DNA of 64,000 bases, taken from the sequence record SRR22947727_980; one strand, given 5' to 3'. The translations under genes and the position numbers were made by a program. The notes under the pieces are model-generated. The model saw nothing but the letters and a program-made list of their open reading frames with translations. It was not told the DNA's origin and did no database searches. Shown here piece after piece: positions 10,874 to 20,151 of the stretch (position 1 is the stretch's first letter; every line of letters begins with the position of its first letter).

Positions 10874-11473
10874 TCAATAACTAGTTTTATTTAATTCATT
10901 GAAACGATTTAAAAAAGCTTTTTCCACAAACCCTACAGCAATTGGTTTAATTTTTATTTTTAATGAAGGGGGGGGCTTTAAAAAAAACCTATTAGCTTCG
11001 GGTATTGTAAAACCAGCAATTTGAGTTGCTTCAAACCAGGCAGAATAAAGGTCTGATTGTTTAATTTTTTTCTGTAGCTTAGCATTTTTAATAGCAGGAA
11101 GACTAAACCTTATATTTATCGCTTCTTCTAATTGAAGTTCAAAAGATTTATAATTTATTCCCAGTGCTGCTTTGAACGGACTAATCATATCACCAATTAC
11201 ATATTCAGCAGCATCATGTAATAAAGCTGCTAATTGATCACTTAAAGTCGAGTTAGGATTCTGCAATGTGAATATTTTTTCGACTAATAAGCTGTGCTCC
11301 GCGACGCTAAAGGCGTGAATACCAGATGTTTGACCGTTCCACCTTGCAACACGAGATAAACCCCTAGCAATATCTTCGATCTCTATGTCGAGTGGTGAGG
11401 GGTCAATTAAGTTTAAACGCCTACCAGATAGCATGCGTTGCCAAGCTCTTTTTGACTTAGTATTTTTAGGCAT
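10874..11473 (-). CDS. HD-domain hydrolase (YfbR-like 5'-deoxynucleotidase family)
   Basis: RAWQRMLSGRRL, FSVAEHS, LLHDAAEYVIGD; ATG at 11473 overlaps the upstream stop and is preferred over 11515. Confidence 0.85.
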   Translation of the reverse strand: MPKNTKSKRAWQRMLSGRRLNLIDPSPLDIEIEDIARGLSRVARWNGQTSGIHAFSVAEHSLLVEKIFTLQNPNSTLSDQLAALLHDAAEYVIGDMISPFKAALGINYKSFELQLEEAINIRFSLPAIKNAKLQKKIKQSDLYSAWFEATQIAGFTIPEANRFFLKPPPSLKIKIKPIAVGFVEKAFLNRFNELNKTSY

Positions 11474-12611
11474 TTTTTCTGACAAATATTGCACCAGCTG
11501 AATAACCAGCTCCAAAACTACAAATTAGACCTATATCACCGTTTTTAAAGCCAGAGTTATATTTATGAAACGCTATTATTGACCCGGCAGAACTAGTATT
11601 TGCATATTCATCAAGAACTATAGGAGTTTTTTCTTTTTCAAATGTTTTCCCAAGTACTTTCTTTGCAATTAGTTGATTCATCGAAAGGTTCGCCTGATGA
11701 AGCCACAATCTTTTAAGGTTTCCGGGTTGTATATTATTCTTTTCACATTCTTTTATTATCATATTTGTAACAATTGGTACTACTTCTTTAAAAACGCTAC
11801 GTCCATTTTGAACAAAAAGTTTATCCGTTAAGCCTTTTTTTCCACGGTCTCCTTTCATGCCATCATCCTCTGGGTCGCAATGATTGAGAAAGCCGAAATT
11901 ATTTCTAATATTATTAGAAAATTCTGTTATTAATTTAGAGCTAATTATTTCCCAGTATTCTTTTTCGCTAACTTCGTCTGACTCAATTAGGGTGGCTGTC
12001 GCAACATCTCCAAAAATGAAATGCGCATCTCTGTCTTTAAAATTAAGATGTGCAGTACAAATTTCTGGATTTATCACAAGAACAGTTTTTGCTTGACCTC
12101 CATTGATAAGGCACCTTGCTGTTTCTATTCCAAAAGTAGCTGATGAGCATGCCACATTCATATCAAATGCAAATCCCTTCGCCCCAAGAAGGCTTTGTAT
12201 CTCAATGGCGATAGCTGGGTAACCGCGTTGAAGGTTTGAACATGCACATATAATTGCATCAATATCCTTTGGGCTACGATTTTTTTTAGCTAAAGCATTT
12301 TGTGCGGCTTTATAGCCGATTTCTGCCAATATTGAGGGCTCTGAATTTTTTCTTGCTGGAATTATAGGTGCCATTATGTTTGGATCTAGAATTGTTTTTT
12401 TTGAAATCGTATATCGTGATTTTACACCTGACGCCTTTTCGATAAAGTTGGCATCTGAATGAGTTAATTCTAATTTCTTTCCATCACTGATTGCGGATGA
12501 GTTTTTTGCGTTCCAGATATCAACATATTCATTAAAGCTTTCAACTAATTCTTCGTTTGAGATAGATTCTTCCGGTGTCCATAGACCTGTTGAACTTATT
12601 ACGGCTTTCAT
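11466..12611 (-). CDS. Beta-ketoacyl-ACP synthase III, long FabH-like (PA3286-type) family
   Basis: Cys-His-Asn triad in MNVACSS, LHQAN, ANTSSAG; CSFGAGYS; about 380 aa with an N-terminal insertion. Confidence 0.9.
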   Translation of the reverse strand: MKAVISSTGLWTPEESISNEELVESFNEYVDIWNAKNSSAISDGKKLELTHSDANFIEKASGVKSRYTISKKTILDPNIMAPIIPARKNSEPSILAEIGYKAAQNALAKKNRSPKDIDAIICACSNLQRGYPAIAIEIQSLLGAKGFAFDMNVACSSATFGIETARCLINGGQAKTVLVINPEICTAHLNFKDRDAHFIFGDVATATLIESDEVSEKEYWEIISSKLITEFSNNIRNNFGFLNHCDPEDDGMKGDRGKKGLTDKLFVQNGRSVFKEVVPIVTNMIIKECEKNNIQPGNLKRLWLHQANLSMNQLIAKKVLGKTFEKEKTPIVLDEYANTSSAGSIIAFHKYNSGFKNGDIGLICSFGAGYSAGAIFVRKNA

Positions 12612-12733
12612 TCGATACCCTTTTAATTATTAATTATATATAATTGAACATGACATTAAAATTAAGCCTTTCAAGTTTAAAGATTTATTTAATTTAGTAT
12701 ATATAATATAAACTTAATTAAATATGAGTTCAG

Positions 12734-13333
12734 CTAATTTAAATCCCTACAAATTTTATGTGCAAAACAATTTAATGTATGATCGTTGACCATGCCAACT
12801 GCCTGCATGAATGCATAAACAATTACGGGACCAACAAATTTAAAACCACGTTTTTTTAAATCAGCTGCCATAATTTTTGATACATTACTGTATTTTGGAA
12901 TATCCTTGCTTTTGTGCCAATTATTTTGAATGGGAGTATGGTTAATGAAACTCCAAAGATATTCGCTAAAATTTATTTTCTCTTGATCACGCATGTAAAT
13001 AAAAATTTTGGCATTATTGATTGCTGCATTGATCTTTAACTTTGACCTAATGATATTAGGATTTTTCATGAGTCTTTCACAATCTAAGGCATCGAAGTTA
13101 GCTAATAAATCTGGATCAAAATTATTATAGGCTAATAGTAGGTTCTGTCGTTTACGTAGTAATGTAATCCAAGACAAACCAGCCTGCTGACCCTCTTGAA
13201 TAAGTTTAGAAAAGAGCTCTTTTTCACATTTAATAGGACGACCCCATTCTTGATCATGATAATGAGTATAAAGCCGGTCATTTGGGGGAACCCAAGCACA
13301 ACGGTTCAAAATGGGAATCTTCGTATAAGTCAA
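12734..13333 (-). CDS. tag: DNA-3-methyladenine glycosylase I
   Basis: RCAW, YHDQEWG, QAGLSWITLLRKR, GFKFVGP, QAVGMVNDH. Confidence 0.95.
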   Translation of the reverse strand: MTYTKIPILNRCAWVPPNDRLYTHYHDQEWGRPIKCEKELFSKLIQEGQQAGLSWITLLRKRQNLLLAYNNFDPDLLANFDALDCERLMKNPNIIRSKLKINAAINNAKIFIYMRDQEKINFSEYLWSFINHTPIQNNWHKSKDIPKYSNVSKIMAADLKKRGFKFVGPVIVYAFMQAVGMVNDHTLNCFAHKICRDLN

Positions 13334-13358
13334 AACTAGTGGTTTGTTTTTAATCTAT

Positions 13359-13829
13359 TTAGAGAAATTTTTCCATACCAATATTTGCTCTCGAATAGAC
13401 TGGATGTGGGCCCTGATGGTTAACTTTCCAGCCATTTCTTTTGTAAAGTCTTAAAGCTGATTCATTTCGCGTGTTTGATAACAAAAAAAGATAATTTAAT
13501 CCCATATCTTCTTTTGCATATCTTTCAAGTTCAGTAATAAGCTTTTGACCTATTCCTTTGTTGCGATGGTTGTTATCTACTGCCATTTTTGTAAGTTCAT
13601 ATTTGTCATTCTTATGTTTCATTAGTGCTACTGCTCCAACTACTTTTTGATCTAAATATGCTGAAAAAACGTGATTTCCATTCTGTGTATATATTTCTGG
13701 TTTAGCTATCATTAATTTATCACTTTCTTCTAAAAAGTGCATATCTTTAATCCATGCCGCATTTAATTCGGCAAACTTATTTAGAGATTTAGAATCATTT
13801 CTCCGAATTTCTATGTTACTACTATTCAA
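13359..13829 (-). CDS. GNAT family N-acetyltransferase
   Basis: ELTKMAV..HRNKGIGQKL acetyl-CoA binding motif; SNTRNESALRLY. Confidence 0.85.
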   Translation of the reverse strand: MNSSNIEIRRNDSKSLNKFAELNAAWIKDMHFLEESDKLMIAKPEIYTQNGNHVFSAYLDQKVVGAVALMKHKNDKYELTKMAVDNNHRNKGIGQKLITELERYAKEDMGLNYLFLLSNTRNESALRLYKRNGWKVNHQGPHPVYSRANIGMEKFL

Positions 13830-14589
13830 AATGCCTCTCCATCATATTGATTTCTACATTGTCAATCGTAAGTAATTTTTGACTGTTTTTAAGTCTATCA
13901 AGCCTTATAATTGCCATAGCATAATTATTATTTATGTGAACAAGATTGCCAATAACTCTACCTTCGCATATAATTTTGTCACCCACTGCAGCTTCTTTTT
14001 TTAATTTCACGCTTTGCATTCTTTTTTTTACATCAGTCATTCTCTTCATACGACTAACTACCTCTTGTCCAATAAAACATCCTTTTTTGAAGTCTATACC
14101 ATTCATAAGATCCATGTTGGCATTTGCTGGAAAGGTTGTTCCAGTTTCAAAATCCCATTCACTATCAACAATGCCCAAAGAAAGTCTGTGAGCATCATAA
14201 TTACCATTAGTTTCATGATAATCTGAAGTTAGTAATCTTGTGCCAAGTTTAGATTTGCGAGGATCTGTTAAACCAATGACTTCCTCGGTGTCCCAAAAGG
14301 CATATACATTCATTCTTTCAGTAATATCTTCAATTTTTATTGGAGCTCGAAGCTTATATAACATCAATCTTTTAATTAGAACTTCTTTATTTTTTTTTGG
14401 TGCATCTATAATTAATCTATCTTCAGACTTTGTTATGAAGAAATCTGATATTATTTTCCCCTGCGGTGTTAAAAGTGCAGAAAATGAAATATCTGAAAAT
14501 ATATTATTTGTAATTAAGCTTTCCAGCCATTCAGAAACCCCATCTCCTGATAATGAAATAATACAACGATTTAAATTAGAAATTGGCAT
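13822..14589 (-). CDS. ygfZ: Folate-binding protein YgfZ/Iba57 family
   Basis: LLTPQGKI, KGCFIGQEVVSRM signature. Confidence 0.92.
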   Translation of the reverse strand: MPISNLNRCIISLSGDGVSEWLESLITNNIFSDISFSALLTPQGKIISDFFITKSEDRLIIDAPKKNKEVLIKRLMLYKLRAPIKIEDITERMNVYAFWDTEEVIGLTDPRKSKLGTRLLTSDYHETNGNYDAHRLSLGIVDSEWDFETGTTFPANANMDLMNGIDFKKGCFIGQEVVSRMKRMTDVKKRMQSVKLKKEAAVGDKIICEGRVIGNLVHINNNYAMAIIRLDRLKNSQKLLTIDNVEINMMERHFE

Positions 14590-14684
14590 AAGTAATAGAT
14601 ATCTTTCTTGTGCTTTGCTATCAAGCCCTCTATGTTATTTAGATATTATAATTATCTTATAAGAATAAATTTTTAGGTAAGTTT

Positions 14685-15080
14685 ATGTTATTTCTAAAAC
14701 GAATTTTTACTTGGTGGAACGGTTCTACCATAGGAACAAATTTGCAAATTCGAAGAAAAGCACGGGAAGTGGGATCTGACGAATATGGAAATAAGTACTT
14801 TGAGCAAAAAATTAATGCCTATGATGGCCGCCTTCGTCGCTGGGTTACATATACAGGCTATGCAGATGCATCTCGAGTTCCTCCCGAATGGCAGGGTTGG
14901 TTAAATTATACTAGAGACATAGCTCCAAAAGGTGATGAAAAGACTTATGATTGGCAAAAAGAACATCAACCAAACCTTACAGGAACTGTTCATGCTTATA
15001 AACCAAAGGGTTCCCTGGCGCGCGGTGGAAAGCGATCAAAAACTGCATCCGATTATGAATCATGGAGTCCAGATGCCTAG
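14685..15080 (+). CDS. NDUFA12 (complex I 17.2 kDa-like) family protein
   Basis: FTWWNG, VGSDEYGNKYF, RRWV.Y, ASRVPPEWQGWL, HQPNLTGT. Confidence 0.92.
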   Translation: MLFLKRIFTWWNGSTIGTNLQIRRKAREVGSDEYGNKYFEQKINAYDGRLRRWVTYTGYADASRVPPEWQGWLNYTRDIAPKGDEKTYDWQKEHQPNLTGTVHAYKPKGSLARGGKRSKTASDYESWSPDA

Positions 15081-15462
15081 AGTAGTATTATTTTTTTTTA
15101 TATTAATTAATATTTTTTTGTTAACATCGCCAATTGCGTATTCCTCTAATATAAAAGGAAACCATGTTATATTACGCACATTAGATAAAATTACTGCTAT
15201 AACTAAAGATTATAAAGTAGCTGTTGGCGATGACCTTAGGTACGGTTCACTCACAATTTCTGTGAAAAACTGTCAAAGAACCCCTCCCGAAGAAATTCCT
15301 GAAACATATGCTTTTATTCAAATTGATGATTTAATACTTAGTGGCGAAGGGGCAGATGGTAAACAAGAACGCATATTCTCAGGTTGGATGTTATCAAGCA
15401 GTCCAGCAGCAAGTGCATTGGATCACTCGGTATATGACGTGTGGGTATTGGCTTGCATTTAA
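15073..15462 (+). CDS. DUF2155 domain protein with signal peptide
   Basis: LRTLDKIT, FSGWMLSSSP..SALDHSVYDVWV..C; ATG at 15073 overlaps the NDUFA12 end. Confidence 0.85.
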   Translation: MPRVVLFFFILINIFLLTSPIAYSSNIKGNHVILRTLDKITAITKDYKVAVGDDLRYGSLTISVKNCQRTPPEEIPETYAFIQIDDLILSGEGADGKQERIFSGWMLSSSPAASALDHSVYDVWVLACI

Positions 15463-15471
15463 GCCTTTAAT

Positions 15472-17472
15472 CTAATTATTGACTTCATCTAAAAACCTTG
15501 CTTGCTCTTGAATGAATTCAAAACGTAGATCTGCGCGTTTTCCCATAAGTGTTTCTACTAAGCTTTCTGTTGTCATTATTTCTTCTTGATCAATTGTAAT
15601 TCTTGCAAGTTGTCGGGATTTATGACTCATTGTTGTAGCTTTTAATTGTGAGGGGTTCATTTCCCCTAATCCCTTAAAACGACTAATATCTACTTTTGCA
15701 TTTTTATTGAATATTGTTTCCATAAGTTCTTTTCTATGTACATCATCTATGGCGTACATAGTTTTATTTTTTTGGACCATCTTATATAGCGGAGGCATGG
15801 CCATATAGAGCCTTCCTGCGCTTATTAATCCTGGTGTATAGCGGTAAAAAAAAGTGATTAATAAAGCAGCAATATGTGCCCCATCAACATCAGCGTCAGT
15901 CATAATTATAACTCTTTCATAACGTAGGTCATCAAGTTCAAATTTTTTACCGATACCAACACCTAAGGCAGTGCATAAGTCATTTATTTCATTATTAGCT
16001 TGTATTTTTGAAATTGTGGCAGATTCAACATTTAAAATTTTACCTTTTAATGGTAAAATTGCCTGTGTTTCGCGACTACGTGCTTGCTTTGCTGATCCAC
16101 CCGCAGAATCTCCCTCGACTATAAAAATTTCAGTATCTTTTGAGCCTTTACGTGAACAATCAGCAAGTTTACCAGGTAATCGCAATTTTTTTGTTGCTGT
16201 TTTACGACGAACATCTCTAGCTTTTCTTCGTTTTACTCGTTCGTCAGCCCGTTCAATAGCCCACTCCAATAATTTAGAGGCATCTTTAGGAGAGCTAGCA
16301 AGCCAATGATCAAAAGGGTCTCTAACTGCATTTTCTACCATACGCGTTGCTTCAGTATTAGATAAACGATCCTTGGTTTGTCCTTGAAATTCTGGGTTTT
16401 TTATAAAACAAGATACAAGCGCTCCTGCTCCGAACATAACATCATCTGGGGTAACATGAGCTACTTTTTTCCCCATACCTGCAATATCGGCATATGCCCT
16501 TAACCCCTTTGTTATTGCTGCCCTTAGTCCCGCTTCATGCGTTCCGCCGCCTGCTGTTGGAACAGTATTACAATAAGACCTAACAAAACTATCTGCATCA
16601 CCAAAACCCTCGGGGGACCAACTAATTGCCCACTCTACCCTTCCATGACCCATATTTTGCTTTGACCGCCCAGAAAATATTTCTGAAGTAATGGTGGATT
16701 TTCCCCCTAATGTTTCCACTAAGAAATCAGATAGCCCCGCTGGAAAATGGAATATTGCCTCAGAGGGAATATTATCAATTTCTTGAATCATTGTAGGTTC
16801 GCATTTCCATCGTATTTCAACACCTGGTTGCAAATAAGCTTTTGCTCGAGCCATTCGAAATATTCTGGCAGCTTTAAATTTAGCTTTTAATCCAAATATA
16901 TTTGGATCTGGATGAAAGCGCACTTTAGTTCCTCTGCGATTATTGATAACTCCTAAGTCAATAAGTCCACTAGTTGGCTTTCCACGTTCAAAATGCATTT
17001 TGTATAAGTTTTTGTCTTTAGCTACTTCTACCTCTAAAGAATCTGAGAGTGCATTGACTACTGATATACCAACTCCATGAAGACCTCCGGATGTCTCGTA
17101 TGCACCTTCTTTGAATTTTCCACCAGAATGTAATTCGGTGAATATTACTTCAAGTGCAGATTTTTCTGGATATTTAGGGTGAGAGTCTACAGGTATTCCT
17201 CTGCCATTATCGGATACAGACAGATACCCTTGAGCATCAAGCTCAATTGATATTCTTGTTGCATGGCCTGCAACAGCTTCATCCATTGAATTATCTATGA
17301 CTTCTGCGAAAAGGTGATGCAACGCTCTATCGTCAGTCCCACCTATATACATCCCCGGTCGTAATCTTACAGGCTCCAGTCCTTCTAAGACCTGGATGTC
17401 TTTAGCAGAATATCCTGAGTTACCTAGTGCCTTAGTATTACCAAAAAGGTCTTTTTTGCTTTGGGGAGTCAT
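15472..17472 (-). CDS. parE: DNA topoisomerase IV subunit B
   Basis: VLEGLEPVRLRPGMYIG, EVIDNSMDEAVAGHA, VEGDSAGGSAKQ, MTDADVDGAHI, RFKGLGEMNP; lacks the GyrB insertion. Confidence 0.95.
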   Translation of the reverse strand: MTPQSKKDLFGNTKALGNSGYSAKDIQVLEGLEPVRLRPGMYIGGTDDRALHHLFAEVIDNSMDEAVAGHATRISIELDAQGYLSVSDNGRGIPVDSHPKYPEKSALEVIFTELHSGGKFKEGAYETSGGLHGVGISVVNALSDSLEVEVAKDKNLYKMHFERGKPTSGLIDLGVINNRRGTKVRFHPDPNIFGLKAKFKAARIFRMARAKAYLQPGVEIRWKCEPTMIQEIDNIPSEAIFHFPAGLSDFLVETLGGKSTITSEIFSGRSKQNMGHGRVEWAISWSPEGFGDADSFVRSYCNTVPTAGGGTHEAGLRAAITKGLRAYADIAGMGKKVAHVTPDDVMFGAGALVSCFIKNPEFQGQTKDRLSNTEATRMVENAVRDPFDHWLASSPKDASKLLEWAIERADERVKRRKARDVRRKTATKKLRLPGKLADCSRKGSKDTEIFIVEGDSAGGSAKQARSRETQAILPLKGKILNVESATISKIQANNEINDLCTALGVGIGKKFELDDLRYERVIIMTDADVDGAHIAALLITFFYRYTPGLISAGRLYMAMPPLYKMVQKNKTMYAIDDVHRKELMETIFNKNAKVDISRFKGLGEMNPSQLKATTMSHKSRQLARITIDQEEIMTTESLVETLMGKRADLRFEFIQEQARFLDEVNN

Positions 17473-17486
17473 GTCATCCTTTAAAG

Positions 17487-17510
17487 TGATTCATTCATTA
17501 ATATGAATCA
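17487..17510. promoter_or_regulatory. Inverted repeat TGATTCAT-N8-ATGAATCA containing two GANTC sites upstream of parE
   Basis: Perfect 8-bp arms at 17487-17494 and 17503-17510; a third GANTC (GAGTC) lies at 17466-17470. Confidence 0.5.
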
Positions 17511-17532
17511 TACTACAAAAGGCGCAAGAACT

Positions 17533-20151
17533 TTATGAACTCTTCCAAATAATATTCTTTATTTCGTAGTTTTTTTTCAATTTAACACCTTTAAATAATT
17601 TTGAGTATGCTAATTTAACTATATTTGTATATTTAATCTGTTGTATTTCTATATCTTTTATTTCTTTTACAGAAAATTGATCTAAAAAATTTCCTTTATA
17701 AAATTCAGGTACATCCTCTAATAACTTACCTGTTAAATTTAGTAATCTTTCCCAGACTTGTATTTTAGACCAAAATGCTATGGCTTCATTTAACTCGAAA
17801 TCTCTTAAACCCATTATGTTGTAACAGTTTTTTATATACTCTGCTTGCATTAGACCCCCATCACGTAGCTTACTATTAAAATGTTTTACTGATACATACT
17901 GAACTCTCTGACTCTTGACTAACTCCCACATACATTTTGTATCATGAAGAAATTGTTCGTTATCTCTTTTTTTGGATATTATTTCTGTACATAAATGTTT
18001 TATAGCGCTGCCTAATTTTTTATCCCCAGCAATTATACGAGAATTTGCTAAAGCTACATGTTCCCAATTGTGTGCTTTATTATAGTGATGATATTTAAAG
18101 CTTTTAAATTTTACTGCCGGTGGGCCTGATCTGCCTGAAGGCCTTAGTCGCATATCTAATTCATATGCTACTCCTTCAGATAATTTAGCTGTCAAAACAG
18201 TTCTTAGCCTTCGAACTATTTTATGTGCTAGTTCGTGTTCTGTTTTATCGTCAAATATGAATATAAGGTCTACATCTGAAAGAGGTGCCATTCTGGAGCA
18301 TCCCATTTTACCTAAGCCAAGTACTGTTAATGGAATTTCGTTAATTTTTAGATCATCTGCTACAATCTTAAGAGCAGCTTTGATGGTCGTATCTGCAAGA
18401 TAAGTAAGGTTTTTAAATAGTAACTTTTCACACCCACCTTTGCTTAAGAATTTAGTATAATGCAAATAGAGGTGCTCATTTACAAAACGCCTTAGGCCCT
18501 CGAGTCTTGAACCATAATCATTTGAACTAAATAAATGCGAAATATCCATTTCGTTTTCTGGATATAAAAATATATCAATTATATGAGGTGATTGCTCTAA
18601 AAGTAATGTCATATGACTAGAATGAATTATCGGAGGTACTAGTGCGTCTAATAATTTTTGGTTGCGGTATAATAAATCAAGGTATTGCTCAGATCGCGAA
18701 AGGTGAGAAAGAAAATTATTCATTCTAAATATAGCCTCATCTGCATTAACAGATGCTGTAAATATTTGATTTAATAATGCTTTGCCTAACGGTTGAAATT
18801 TTACTGGATCTTTTGCTATTGGAATAAAACCATTAAGCCAATTATTAGCTATATCTCTAATGTTTGGTTTTAAAGAGCCTAAGCCGGAATTTTGCTTTTT
18901 ATCATTTAGTTTTTTTTGGTCATCCTGGATGAATAATTTATTAAATTCAGAATGTACAAAATTCCTAATTTGAATAATTTCTTTATCTAAAGTTTTCCAA
19001 TCGGATACTTCCAATATTTTTAAGATTTTTTCTTTTTTATTATCATTTTTTGGAAGCGTATGGACTTGTTCATTACCCATTAATTGAATTATATTTTCAA
19101 TTGTACGTAGTCGTTTGTATGATTGTGTTAGCTTAGTAAATACTTTATACTCAATATGATTTAATTTAGTTAATTCACTAAGTGCTTTTAGTGTATTTGT
19201 TGTGCGTAGCTGGGATTGTTTGCCTCCCCATATTAATTGCATAGCATTAATAATAAATTCAATTTCTCGAATTCCTCCTTTTCCAAGTTTTAAATTAAAA
19301 TTACTTGTCCCTAAATTCACATAATCTTTTAATTTACTTTCATGCATGACATCTGGGTGTTCCAAGTTTATGCGCGACTTCAGGTAAGCTAAATCCTCTA
19401 AAGAACGAAAGTCTAAATTTTTTCTCCATATAAACGTTTCAATTTCAGTCAAGAATGTTTTCCCACTAGTTATATCGCCAGCAATAACTTCTGCCTTCAT
19501 TAGGGCTAATCTATGCCATGGAAGTGCACGAAAAAAATAAAAATCCTTAGCCATATCGACTGACATAGCAAGTTGACTTGCTGAACTTTCAGGTCTTAAT
19601 CGCCAATCAACGCGCCATATAAAATTTGGCTTATTTCGGGGATTTAAAATTTGGCCAAGTTTTTTTAAAACTTTATCTACTACGTATGTTTGGCCCATAC
19701 TTATAGGTATAGGAAGAATGACAGGATCATAAAAAGCAACTAGATCTACATCAGAACTAAAATTTAAATCTAATCCTCCTAATTTACCTAAACCAAGTAT
19801 AAATAATCCATCAGGATGTTTTGGTATGTTTTTCAAATTTAATTTACCTATCTCGGTAGTCCAGGCAGCTTGCAGTGCGAGATTAATAGTGAGTTTGGCA
19901 AAGTGACTTTGTTTAGCGCCTAATTTGTCAAATGAGATGCTTTTCTTAAAAAATAAACTACTCCAGCCTAAAGCATATTTATCTTTATATTTTTGAAGTT
20001 TTTCAATGAAATTAGGATCATCAGGTTTAAGTTTTTTTGTAAGGAGAAATACATTTTTTGCTGTATCAGACTCGGGTAAACCATAAATCGCAACTAAACT
20101 TTTAAGGTAGTCACTAAGTAAAATTTTTTCTTTTATATGATTTTCTAAAAT
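17533..20151 (-). CDS. glnE: Bifunctional glutamine synthetase adenylyltransferase/deadenylase-like protein; start codon uncertain
   Basis: Two nucleotidyltransferase domains (LGLGKLGGLDLNFSSDVDL..RVDWRLRP and LGLGKMG..LSDVDL..DMRLRPSGRSGP), KLGKGGIREIEF. Manual translation shows the frame open to 20193, beyond the TTG at 19836; an ATT start at 20151 is tentative. Confidence 0.8.
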   Translation of the reverse strand: MLENHIKEKILLSDYLKSLVAIYGLPESDTAKNVFLLTKKLKPDDPNFIEKLQKYKDKYALGWSSLFFKKSISFDKLGAKQSHFAKLTINLALQAAWTTEIGKLNLKNIPKHPDGLFILGLGKLGGLDLNFSSDVDLVAFYDPVILPIPISMGQTYVVDKVLKKLGQILNPRNKPNFIWRVDWRLRPESSASQLAMSVDMAKDFYFFRALPWHRLALMKAEVIAGDITSGKTFLTEIETFIWRKNLDFRSLEDLAYLKSRINLEHPDVMHESKLKDYVNLGTSNFNLKLGKGGIREIEFIINAMQLIWGGKQSQLRTTNTLKALSELTKLNHIEYKVFTKLTQSYKRLRTIENIIQLMGNEQVHTLPKNDNKKEKILKILEVSDWKTLDKEIIQIRNFVHSEFNKLFIQDDQKKLNDKKQNSGLGSLKPNIRDIANNWLNGFIPIAKDPVKFQPLGKALLNQIFTASVNADEAIFRMNNFLSHLSRSEQYLDLLYRNQKLLDALVPPIIHSSHMTLLLEQSPHIIDIFLYPENEMDISHLFSSNDYGSRLEGLRRFVNEHLYLHYTKFLSKGGCEKLLFKNLTYLADTTIKAALKIVADDLKINEIPLTVLGLGKMGCSRMAPLSDVDLIFIFDDKTEHELAHKIVRRLRTVLTAKLSEGVAYELDMRLRPSGRSGPPAVKFKSFKYHHYNKAHNWEHVALANSRIIAGDKKLGSAIKHLCTEIISKKRDNEQFLHDTKCMWELVKSQRVQYVSVKHFNSKLRDGGLMQAEYIKNCYNIMGLRDFELNEAIAFWSKIQVWERLLNLTGKLLEDVPEFYKGNFLDQFSVKEIKDIEIQQIKYTNIVKLAYSKLFKGVKLKKNYEIKNIIWKSS

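Noticed and set aside
10968-10988. G and A homopolymer runs in the HD gene (and a G run near 42714 in rpiA) as phase-variation tracts
   Set aside because: Both frames are intact; the runs encode ordinary FFLKPPP and conserved KGGG residues in housekeeping genes.
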